A stretch of 64,000 nt of DNA, from contig JAUCBJ010001431.1 of NCBI GenBank assembly GCA_032718475.1, positions 1 through 64,000 on the forward strand, written 5' to 3'. The stretch is from Nemertoderma westbladi. Lineage: Eukaryota; Animalia; Xenacoelomorpha. A model generated the notes under the pieces. The model saw only the letters and a program-made list of their open reading frames with translations, was not told the origin of the DNA and did not search any database. Shown in pieces: positions 26,740 through 37,700 of this stretch; within the stretch, counting starts at the first letter, position 1; each line of letters opens with the position of its first letter. The translations under genes and the position numbers were made by a program.

Positions 26740-28807
26740 TGAGAAATGAAAAAAGGCGAAGCATCTACAAATCCCGATGTTTGATATACGACAACGAGGG
26801 AAACGCAACGCCCACTTCGAAAGCGATTACGTTGGCGCGATGCCAAAGTTTTGTCGACGATAAGAGTACATACCTCACCCACTGGGGAAACCTAGCGGAA
26901 TGTACAGCGACACTGTGAGAGGAACGTATATCAGTTATCCAGAATTGCGACGACTACCAGGAGAAGTATGGGACGAAGGAATACGGTGGATCATTGGTTG
27001 TCGTCCTCGGAACCCTAGATGGTCTGGTGTTGATATGTCGAATATTCCCGACACCCAAACAGGAGGTGGGGACAGGATGTAGAGTTGGAAGGACGTAGAA
27101 AGAAAGTAGACGATCCACCACAAGTGGGAGAATCCGGATCGATGGAACTATGTCTACGTCGTAATGGAATCATATACCGTTGCCAAGTTCATCTGCAAAA
27201 TTCTCGATAAACTCATTAATGCGGTTCCTAGATCCTTCATCGACTAGGAGTGGAATGAAGTTATCGACCACGCGTTCAAAGCGGTAGAGAACATTCCACC
27301 GGGAGATACGAAAACGCTCCACGTCATCGCATCCTGGGATGATAATGGACCTTTCAACATCCCTACGATTGTTGATCTCCTCGGTGCAGAGGAACCACTG
27401 ATATCTTCGGATGGGGAGGAATTATGGCTACAGGAAGGTGTTCTGCTGTCCACCCCAAAGCGACAACTCGATCTGGAAGTCGCTTACGAACCGGCCGCCA
27501 TACGGGTTGCCTCGGCCGAACCTGTGACGGAAGCAAAGCGTATCCACCCCACTTGGCTCCGGTAGCCCCGCTAGGGAGTTAGTGAGTTAGAGACCCTTCA
27601 CGCTGAGTGACTTTGACGACACATGTCAGAGGTTGTCTCCATATCCGTTCCTGGGGGGAGAAGACTGGTCTTCGGAGATTCCGAGTACCAGCACCCAATG
27701 GACCCGCTCAGCGATACAGGTTGCAAAGGGTTCCAGCATTGCTCCAACTCCCATAGATCTCCTCGGAATTCCTCTGGCGAACGCCCCGGCACCTCTTTGC
27801 CGACCGGCTGTGGCAACGGCCCCCTCCGTTCCACAAGACCCTATGCGACTTACCCGATAGTACGCCAAACAGACCGAGTGGATCCACCGCCAGAAACGGG
27901 CGCCCGGGATGCGACCGGCAGGCTATAGGCTATAAAGAAGGTTATCGTAGTGAGAACATACTACGCCAAAGCTCAGCATTCCGCGGGCTACCGGCCACGG
28001 CGAGTATCCCCAAAAGCGACCGACGACTGGAGTATTACACCGTCATACCGATTCCGATATTCTTCGGCCGGGAGATGCAACTGGAGGTGTGCTGAAACTG
28101 TGGTTCGGAACAGTGTCCACTCGGTAGGAGAAATCGGGTTACCGATTCGTGTCTCCAGCTACTTGGGATACTTTACTGTCCCTATTGCGCGGTATTGGGC
28201 CATGATGTATCGGTTTGTCCAACCCTCTATAACCTCTGCACAACATGCGGTTTCCGTGGACATTCCGCAAGCCCCCGTTGTTGTAACCCACGACACCCTT
28301 CGCACTACATTCTGCGAGATCACGGCTACCCTAAACAACTTTATGAAGTGTCCTACGAAGGACGTAACAGCTATGGGAAATATGGTTATGTTTGAAGCCT
28401 ACGCCAATAACCACGTAAAGACCAAAGTGCGGAGAAGCGCTCGAAATATCGCGCAAGAGATGGCGTGCGGATACTTCTCGTTCCCAGAACGCCTCCAAAC
28501 GGCAGCGACACTACCATTCCATTATGTGGATCTACAATTAAGCGCTGGATTATTCGGTCCCTTCGAAATCCTCAGGTGCTTATACTCCTACAAAGAAGAA
28601 TTTGGTGACGGAAAGTGGTTTCTAGAGGCACGCACTACCGAGTTGGAGAGACGGACGGATATGATCCCGCTACCATCTAAAGGAAGAGCCGCCAGGAGAC
28701 AAGCTGAAGCGATGCTTGCGATGGACGTTGATGCTCCCCTACCTGCACTGGCGATTGATGAGAGTAGATGGGTGAAGAGGAGGAAAGCATATCAGAGTAA
28801 GAAATAG
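26740..28807 (+). pseudogene. Bel-A accessory ORF3 (partial DEDDy-like exonuclease plus zinc knuckles), decayed
   Basis: CLIYDNEG (26790) and LVVVLGTLDGLVLI, then GREMQLEVC*NC..YCPYCAVLGHDVSVCPTLYNLCTTCGFRGH and MFEAYA..LPFHY. These segments are homologous to 60343-62906. Confidence 0.7.
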
Positions 28808-28985
28808 AGGACCAGGATATTCCAGGGACATTTATATCAAACATTTATTTTTATATTTACATAAAACTAACTCTAGGAAAAATTAATCAGGACTATGCAA
28901 TATTAAAATTTGGGTTTTTTATATGGGAAATGACCTACGCAAACTCGATCTACCGATAGACCTCACGAAGGTCATTGGGGGGGAC

Positions 28986-29544
28986 CGTTCGCGGTATTTC
29001 AACTTTTCATAACGCGAGTTGAATATTTTTCAGATTTATTTAAAATGAATATTCCAATATCAGTACTGGGCACGGGAACATGGAATTTGGGTATATTCAA
29101 TGGACTGGGGGCGATTCATGGGCGAATATTGGGGCGACTTACGGGGTATGGGACTCATATCAGATATTTAAGGGCCAAGGGTGGAAGGCAAAATCAAGCA
29201 GTACTCAGGTTTACCTGAATACTATTAGGCCTAGCCAACTTCCTGCTGCCTGTAGAGGTGGATTTGGTAACTCATTAGGCCTAGGGACAAGCACTGCCCT
29301 TAGCGGTCCCTGGCCAACAGCAGTTATTACGAGCCTGACTAAGGACTCGGAAAGTCTGCTGATTGTGTCAGGGATTTGCGACGTAAACTGACAGACAGAT
29401 CCTTAGCGGTCCCTGGTCACCGGCAGTTATTACGAGCCTGAATAAGGACTCGGAAAGCTTGCCGACTGCACCAGGAACTTGCGACGGATCGACTGACTAA
29501 ACGGAGGAAGGGTTCGATGAGGACTGCCTTCCTGGAGTTTCGCA
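28986..29544 (+). repeat. Bel-A 3' LTR (U3 part, truncated) after a G-rich PPT
   Basis: G-tract then (t/c)gttcgcgg; the inverted copy retains TGTTCGCGG. Internal ~103-bp direct repeat at 29298/29401. Confidence 0.65.
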
Positions 29545-31954
29545 AATACCTGCAATTTCGGCGCATGTACAGCAATGAGATATTAAGAACCTGACGCAGG
29601 CGGAGTGCCTAAAATATCTACAGGTATATACAGGAGGCCCAGCGTATGACATCGTGAGGCAGTATCAGGGCATCAAGGGCGGCTTCACGACTGCATGGCG
29701 GGCCCTAGACAGGGAATACGGACACCCAGCCAAGATCATCCGGCAAACCCTGAGGGGTATAACATCGGGTGGCCTACAGGATAACCCCGTTAGCATAAAG
29801 ATGTTTGCAAACAAAGTCGAGAAGGTGTTAATCGTGCTGAAGACGCTAGACGCGCCATACGAACTCAACGCATCTAATAATATCACCACGATAGCGCAGG
29901 CACTGCCGATCTGGCTGCGGAGCAAGTGGAGGAAGATCGCCTTCTCCACCCGGGAGAAGAAAGGTGCGGAGCCAGGGCTAGAGGAAATGTCGAACTTCCT
30001 CAACTACGAAGCAGAGTTGATCACAGACCCAGTCTATAGTGAGGATAGTTTGGGGAAGGCACCAAAGACCGAATACAACAGGCCTAAACCCGAACACAAT
30101 CCTGCAGATCCATTACCGAGAGTAAGACAGTCGCTACCATACGCGGCCACACAGGGGGCTACAAGCCCACAGTTAGCTGGGAGTAGAGCCACACCGTGGC
30201 AGGGACAGAAAGAAAATAACACCACAAATAAACATAATCCCAACATACCCAGTAAGCTGAGTCTAAATAACCAAAACACTAAATCGGTAGATATAAACCT
30301 ACGCGCGATACGTGAAGGACTATACAGGGAACGCTATAATCCAGGATTCGAATGTCAATTACATCGGGACGGAACCCATAAGACCATGGGTTGTAAGCAT
30401 TGGCAAGCATTGCCCAAACAAGATTGTGTAGCCTACATAGACGCAAACGGACTATGTCATCGATGCGTGGTAGAAGGACACAGATCCGGAGAGTGTAGAG
30501 AAACAGCAATAGGGGACGATGAGACTGGAGGCCAAACGATGGCTACAAGCATGACAGGAGCAAGGAGAAAGAGGAAAGTACTACTCGGGGTAGTACCAGT
30601 GAAGATAACAGGAAGGGGCGGCCGATCAGTCACAACATTAATGCTGGTCGACAGTGGAGCAGCCTTCACGCTGGTGGAGAATTGGGTGGCCGAAGAGATA
30701 GGGCTAAAGACGAGGCCGAGTAGGATGGCGGTAACTACTGTCTCAAGTAAAGATGAGGTCCTGGAGATGAGGACGGGACGGTGCAAGATATCAGCAATAG
30801 CACCGGGGTGTGACTATGGGGCGACCATAGACCCCATTCAGATCATAGAATCGATAAATATAAATGCCAGGAGACCAACTAACATCGAGGTCGAGCAGTA
30901 CCGGTTCCTGGACGATATCGATTTTTCAATACTAGAGGTGGACGTCTCGAAGGTATCCATCATAGTGGGTATGGACTGCCTGACAGCCCACGAAAGAGTA
31001 CAGACGATCTTCGGGGAAGACAGACAGCGGGATCCGATGGCGATTCTCATGCCGTTCGGATGGATGCTTAGTGGCCCAATTAAAACCAAGATTCCACACA
31101 GGGTGTCGGAGACATCGGGGTGCATGCTACCAGGCACCGTTGAGGACGAAGACAAGAAACTGGAGATGGTAGATAAGCCAGACGGGGAAGTAACAGTAAG
31201 AGAGTGGGCGGAGGAGAATGGATTTGATGCGGAAGACTTAGAGACAATGGGATGGAACAAGGATGTTCCCAGCAAGTATCGGTATGGGGATGGAGAGGAT
31301 TGGACAGCGAGATGTCCGGAGGAGTGTCCAAAGGAGTGTCCGGAGGAGTGTCTGGAGGAGTGTCCGGAGGAGTGTCCAGAGTAGTGCCCAGAAGAGACAC
31401 CGGTCCGGTTGAGAGTCATACCGACAAGGGGGAGGTTGAGTAAGAAGACAGGATGGAAAGGGATAGGATTACTATTGTTCGTTCTGTTTTGTCTGTTCTT
31501 TCAGTTTCTTTCCATTCTGCCACCGGGAGACAACCAGATGAAGGGTGGCATTTTGCTGCCAGGAGATCAGGAAATTAAGAAGGCGGTGGAGAGACCCGAT
31601 TTAGGGTGGCAGAAGAGGGAGAACCAATTCCTGGTGAGTTGGAATTGGCGAGGAGAGTGTGGCGAATCCTACAGGACCTACAAGGGGAGCAGTGAGAGAG
31701 TGCCTGTTGGAAGAATCGCCCTCGAAGTTTAGATGAATTTAGATGAAGTTTAGTCATCCAATATTTTGGACTGAGGGGGGTGGGAATGAGGGCGAGACAC
31801 CCTTCCCACATATAAATAATAAAATAAATAATAAAAATAATAAAATAATAAGTAAGTAGAAGTCAGTAGAAGTTAGCAAGAAGTTAGTAGTCAGATAGTT
31901 AGTTAGTAGATAGTTAGATAGTAGGTAAGTAAGAAATTTAGTAGAAGTTAGTTA

Positions 31955-32480
31955 ACGTTAAAAGTCGGCGGGTATAGGGAGTGTGGTATAAACATACCAC
32001 AGGAGTAGGAGGGTACGTAGTACCGGGAGAGTTAGAAGTCGGTGGGTATAGGGTGTGTGGTATATAGACATACCACGGGAGTATGGGGGTACGTAGTACC
32101 GGGAGTTGGTTAGAAGTCGGCGGGTATAGGGAGTGTGGTATATAGACATACCACGGGAGTAGGGGGGTACGTAGTACCGGGAGGGTTAGAAGTCGGTGGG
32201 TATAGGGAGTGTGGTATATAGACATACCACGGGAGTAGGGGGGTACGTAGTACCATTAAGTTAGAAGTCGGCGGGTATAGGGAGTGTGGCATATTGACAT
32301 GCCACGAGTAGTAGCAGAGGGGTTGTGGGCACCAGAAGCGCCACGTAGAAAGTAGTAGTAGAGGGGTTGTGGGCACCGGAAGCGGCACGTAGAAAGTAGT
32401 AGTAGAGGGGTTGTGGGCACCGAAAGCGCCACGTAGAAAGTAGTAGTAGAGGGGTTGTGGGCACTGTAAGCGCCACGTAA
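31955..32480 (+). repeat. Tandem arrays of ~73-bp and ~41-bp hairpin-containing units
   Basis: Units with gtggtat..ataccac and ggtac-gta-gtacc (x4 plus a variant), then gtagaaagtagtagtagaggggttgtgggcac..gcgccac (x4). Confidence 0.9.
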
Positions 32481-33162
32481 AAAGTAATAAGCGGAGTAGA
32501 CTTAGTAGAGTTACGAGTTAGAGAGCTAGTTAGAGTGAGTAGAATCAGAGAGTTAGTAGAGTTAGTAGAGTTAGTTAGAGTTAGTAGAGTTAGAGAGCTA
32601 GTTAGAGTTAGTAGAATTAGAGAGTTAGTAGTAAGTAGTAATTAAGTAAGTAGTAAGAGAGTTAGATAGTAAGTAGCAAGTAAGTAGTAAGCAGATAGAA
32701 TGATAGCACAGGGGTAGCATAAGATTTAGCGCCTTTGGGAGTGATAGATAAGAATGAGAGCAGTATGAGAGGAGTATGGAGAGGAGCTGTTGGCGAGAGA
32801 GAGTGCAGACGAGTGCGATTCAGGTGTGGGGAGAGAGCAGACTGGAGTTAGAGTGGATCAGAGAGAGAGTAAGACGGAATAGAGTGAGAAGAGTTTAGAG
32901 AGTGAGAGAGTTTTTAAAATTGTATGAGAGAAATCCACAATTGTCTCAAACCGAGACGCCAGATGTCTTGGTGCAACATAGGTTGCGGTTGCACCAAGAA
33001 GGGGTAGTAACATCATACCCAGAGGGAGTGGCCTGGAAAGCCGACTCCAAAGTAAAAGAACTCCAGCCCACACCCAATAGTAGATCGGGTTCCAGCGGAA
33101 TTGAAGCGCACTCAGTGGTTGATGCTATCTTCTCACCGGGAAGATAGCATGGGGGGGGGGAG

Positions 33163-33740
33163 TGTGAGCGGATACAATTCCGCCCCATTACCCCCATAGA
33201 GTTGGGAAGTGGCGCCTTTTCAGCAATATTGGGGATATGGGGTTACTCACAATTAACCTCGTATAACAACCAATAATGGGGACAACATACAGCCCCAAAG
33301 AGCCACACACAAAAGAGGTTAGAGGTCAAGCTACCTCGAGAGGGGAAGTAACAGCAGCGGGGGGGGGGGGGGGGGAGCACTCCCACAGAGGTGGGAGCCG
33401 AGAATTAGTATATTAACCAATGGGAGCGGAGAGCATCCACTGAACGAAGGCCAAGGTAGTGTAGCCATAATTAGACATATATATTATATCTCATTACCGG
33501 TCAGTCGTTCAGTTTACTCAGTCATCAAGTGCAGATCGGTGACATTTCGTACCGTCATCGTCACTATCAGTTATCTCATTACTGCTGTACTGCAACTGCA
33601 TTATCTGTCATCTGTGCTATCATATATCTCATTACCGTTAATCTATAACAATATCTAGGCAATAACAACAACAAACTATTATCTTTTCCCAATTGACGCG
33701 TAACGTAACTAACCGGTCGGGATCCCCTGATCCCGTCACA
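33163..33740 (+). repeat. Bel-B 3' LTR (TG...CA, 578 bp)
   Basis: Follows a G-run/AG PPT, starts TGTGAG and ends GATCCCGTCACA, like the Bel-C LTR. Confidence 0.85.
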
Positions 33741-34222
33741 TTTATTCCAAAATTTTAACATTACGAAATTATTGTACATACACATTATAAGTGATAGAAA
33801 CTGCACAAATTAAATTAGTTGCTGTATAAATGAATGTAAAAATGACATAAATTATGTTATAAATAAGTTAGCTTATATTTATCACGGCGTTTGGAGACAT
33901 GTAATAATAATATAGCTAGGCCCTACTGGTTATTAATAGCTATACCCCGCATACCGGTAGGTAATGCAGTAGGCCTATCTGGCTGTGAGGTAAATTTCCA
34001 CCTATTGTTTACATGGCATCCAATGACGGCGTTAAGTAATGTCCCCTCAGTGGACATTACTTAACGCCGTCATGGGTTTCCACGTAAACAATAACACCAA
34101 ATACAATACTAAATGTTCAGGCCAATACAATGCTGTATTGTCCTCTAAAGTTGTAAAGTGCTAAATAACAACTCGCTGTTAATACTAACGGCGTTGAGTA
34201 ATGTTACAATTTTGGAATAACA
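33741..34222. mobile_element. Foldback MITE fragment
   Basis: ttattccaaaatt.taacattac / gtaatgtta.aattttggaataa ends, with an internal 21-bp-arm palindrome at ~34025-34073. Confidence 0.55.
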
Positions 34223-35559
34223 ATAATTTACGTACAGTAGCTAGTCCCGTCACTGCAAACTGGATAATAAAGCAGCACTCATTAACATAAATGGAAATAA
34301 TACATTCTGGAATACGGTAATTGAAATTGTTTCCATGTCATTGATTACTTTACAGCGTTCCGTTCTATAGGCCGCAACGCTGCAAAGTAGTACTCTGCAG
34401 CGTTACGAGTAATTCACCAGAACGCTTTTAGGTTGCCAAAATGTAACAAAATCAATTATAACAAAAATTATAATATACAATTTTTCAGTTGCATATTATT
34501 GGTCCTCCACACCATCCTTACAATTAATTACTACCGTTTAAATGTTCTAGAACATTTAGCGGTAGCTAGTATCATACGGTGGTAAGGCCGTCAATATAAC
34601 AAATTAATATGCAGTATCTCTGCAAACCCGCCTTACTTCCCATAAACATATAAAATAAAAGAAACATGAAGAATATGCAACAATCGGCTCTCTTACAAAT
34701 CTTTATAATAAAAGTCTTCCCGTCGCAGTTACCTAAATAAAATAGACCCGTACTGTACATCAACCTAACAAATCTAAAAGAACTGGGAAAAACAAAAACC
34801 ACGTATAATAAACCCATGCTCGGACTACTGTACTACACCAATCGGCCTCGTACTGTATATTAACTCGTATATACAATATATAAATAAATATATAAATATA
34901 TACTCGTATATACAGTATATAGAAAGAAAGAGAGAAATACACCACACCATTAACTTTAATAATAAAATTTATGTAAAAAATAATGAGAGGGCGGGGTGGG
35001 TGGTAATGCGTTTGTTTGTCATTGGAACAGCAATAGCGAAGCTAGTGCAGCTGGTTCCAATGGCGTTATTATTCTTGAGTGTGAGGGGGGGGGGGGGGCG
35101 TGGTCGTTGCGGGGGGGGGGGGGTGGGTGTGGGGGGGTGCAGTCTGTACAACATTTGGATGCAGTTATTAATAGTAATAATTATAATTCTGAGCTTAATA
35201 CATCATGAGGCTCGCAGCTTACCGCAGTTCGTGTAGGTTGTTGGAATGATTGGAGTAAAGAGCAATATAAGTGCAATTTCTATTATTATAATTAATTTTG
35301 TAATTTAAACTCGTGTCAAATTACATTATCTTGAGTAATAACTTCAATGACCTTATTTTCAACAATGTTATTGCTTACTGTAGCACTGTAGAACATCCAC
35401 AACAGGATGACGTAAGCTTCATTTGTGTCGGCCGCAAGGATGGGAAACATGGATACAAGCGGCTGAACAACAATAGTCGTCAAGGGAAGTCAGGTTAGGG
35501 TATCATTACGAGTAAATAGGAGAGGAGAAAGTAATAGCTGTGTTGCCGGAAAACCAGTC

Positions 35560-36483
35560 TATAACAGCGGCACTGACCATGACAAGGATACTGTCGCGGA
35601 ACTTCCAAAGACTAAGTCAATAAGAAGTGGCAGGCGATCTAGACTAGAGTTGCAGAAAAAAGCCTGGAAGAGCTCCATTTCGTTGTCTTGGAGAGTGAGA
35701 AGGAGAAGCTGCCCATAGAAGGATAGGAACAGGAAGAAGGAATGTGTGGAAATTAAGAGAGGTATTCTCTTCCTCAATCGGGATAAGTTGCAGAATGAGA
35801 CTCGTCGTGTGACGCAGGATAATTGTTGGGCTGCAACATAGTTTCGCTGTCACTTTTGTGAAAATGTTAAATTGACAATGGAATTAAATTAATTAAACGA
35901 AACCAAAAAACACTTATAAATATGAGAGTACATAAATAAGTTTATTGATCGTACGGAATATTCATAATATTAATAATATTTACAAAATAATATAAAATAC
36001 TGCTAGGATATTGAGCGATTTGTGGCCTTTGCGGTCCATAAATGCAAAACACTTTGCTTTTCCGACTGGTACCACAACATGTGTACAGTCCAATGCACCC
36101 ACTATACCAGGAATTCCTGTCAATCCCATAAAGCTCTCCTGTGTCCTACACTTTTGGTCCCCTTGTGGGAACGATATGAATTTGTCAATGTTTCCAACTA
36201 TATTTGGGATTACCCAGATTGCTCGACAGGCGCTGGACTTGGCCACACCGAAACAATAACCGGTGGTAATGGGCAGTTCTTAGAAGAAGCGAAGCAACAC
36301 AACCAACCCATCTCTAAATTCTTCTAGGAGATACCTGACAGATTCCTTGTCAAACCTGTAACGCTGATAAAATTCAAAGTCATTGTAGACCTGGAAAGGG
36401 TTAAATCTGTCCAAAATCCGCCGTTTTGGCATTTCGTATTGTCGTCGACGAGATTCATATAATATAAACTGACGAGCCGCCAT
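35560..36483 (-). pseudogene. PIF/Harbinger transposase (HARBI1-like), intron-containing and decayed
   Basis: NPF..Y.D.EF..RYRF, FISFP, GIPGIVGALDCTHV and RKGHKSLN motifs. An AT-rich putative intron lies at ~35855-35998. Confidence 0.82.
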
Positions 36484-37214
36484 CCTAATTATATATAAAT
36501 GGATTTTCTTTATTATTTTTTTGTGTTAATAATAGACACCTCCGAAAATAAAAAAAAATGTAGTAAAGTGTCTAAAGTAAAATGTATACATGTAAAGTGG
36601 AAATAATGTATGTAAAGTGGTGTACAGTATATACATTATGATGGGGTTCAATCAAAACAAATGAAATATATTTGTAATCAATCGCAAGTAATAATATCCG
36701 AATCCGACCAACAAAAGTAAATACAACAGTATTTACTTTTGTCACGGCAAATGATTCCATCAACTAAATATTCTACTAATATTACGCAATTGATTATAGA
36801 AAAATAAGTGCCGGCGACACTAATAATTAACAAACGCCAAATTAATAGGTAGTTGATTGACGATACGATAGTTGATTGGCATAATTGAAATGGAACTCAA
36901 CCTACAACACAACTTATAATGGAAACCGTGCGCCGAAAACCGAGCGCGGAAACCGGGTAACTATGTGGCGGTTCTTCTGCCCAGGGCCGCTTTCCACGTT
37001 GCCGATGTAAACGATCTGACCCTTGAACGAATTGCTCGCGTTCGAAGTTTGTTTCGCAGTCTAGGCGGTGGGCTCGGTACTGTTGTATTACCTCCCGGTT
37101 GAATGTTTTTCAACTGTGTTTCAAACTGTTTTTCAAGTCTTCATCGAGTGTATTTTAACCAACTAATTTTAGTGCTTTGGATGATAGGCCTATCTACACT
37201 ATGGAATCGTACTG

Positions 37215-37700
37215 TGGGGAGGAACCTACCCAACTACTTTGAAACCTCCAAACCTCTACGCATAAAAATCAATAAACTACTCCGATGTATTACAATTAGT
37301 CACCATCGTGCTTCCGCTAACCCTCTTTACAAATCTTTAGGAATTCTCCCTGTAGACCTCCTCTTCAAACACCAAGTGGCCCTTCTAATGTACGACGTAG
37401 ATAAACAGGTCATCCCTTCCACCTCTACTATTGGTTCTCTCTTCACTAAAATCTCCGCAACACACAACTACTCCACCCGCGCTTCCGCACGTGGCAACTT
37501 CTCTATCCCTCCCGTGCGATTAACCTATATTCTAAGATCCCTGAATTTCCTGAGCCCGAAGTTGTGGAACAGTATCCCATCCGAAATATGAAGCAAATCG
37601 ACATCGAAAATCATATTTTCTAAGTACCTAAAATCTTATTTCATTTCAACTCTGTAAATTGCAAAGCCTTTCTTTCACAATATCAACTCTTATTTAAAAA
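37215..37700 (+). mobile_element. 3' fragment of an L2/CR1-group LINE
   Basis: NK..R.I...HR.SANPLYKSLGIL...HNYSTR...PKLWNSIP is the typical post-RT C-terminal domain. Confidence 0.75.

Larger units (their letters stand above)
18553..29544 (+). mobile_element. Bel/Pao LTR retrotransposon Bel-A (decayed; both LTRs truncated)
   Basis: Order is PBS, gag, protease, RT, RNase H, integrase, tandem repeats, accessory ORF, PPT, LTR start. Confidence 0.88.
29545..33740 (+). mobile_element. Bel/Pao element Bel-B (relative of Bel-C): gag-protease fragment, internal deletion, repeat arrays and 3' LTR
   Basis: 29545-31135 is homologous to 54435-56030 (YLQFRR..LVDSGA). Post-pol hairpin, 3' UTR, PPT and LTR ends are shared with Bel-C. 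Confidence 0.88.

Noticed and set aside
27950-28807. 285-aa ORF as a genuine protein
   Set aside because: It is a frame chimera created by the templated insertion. The inverted copy shows the real knuckle frame (40793-41350).
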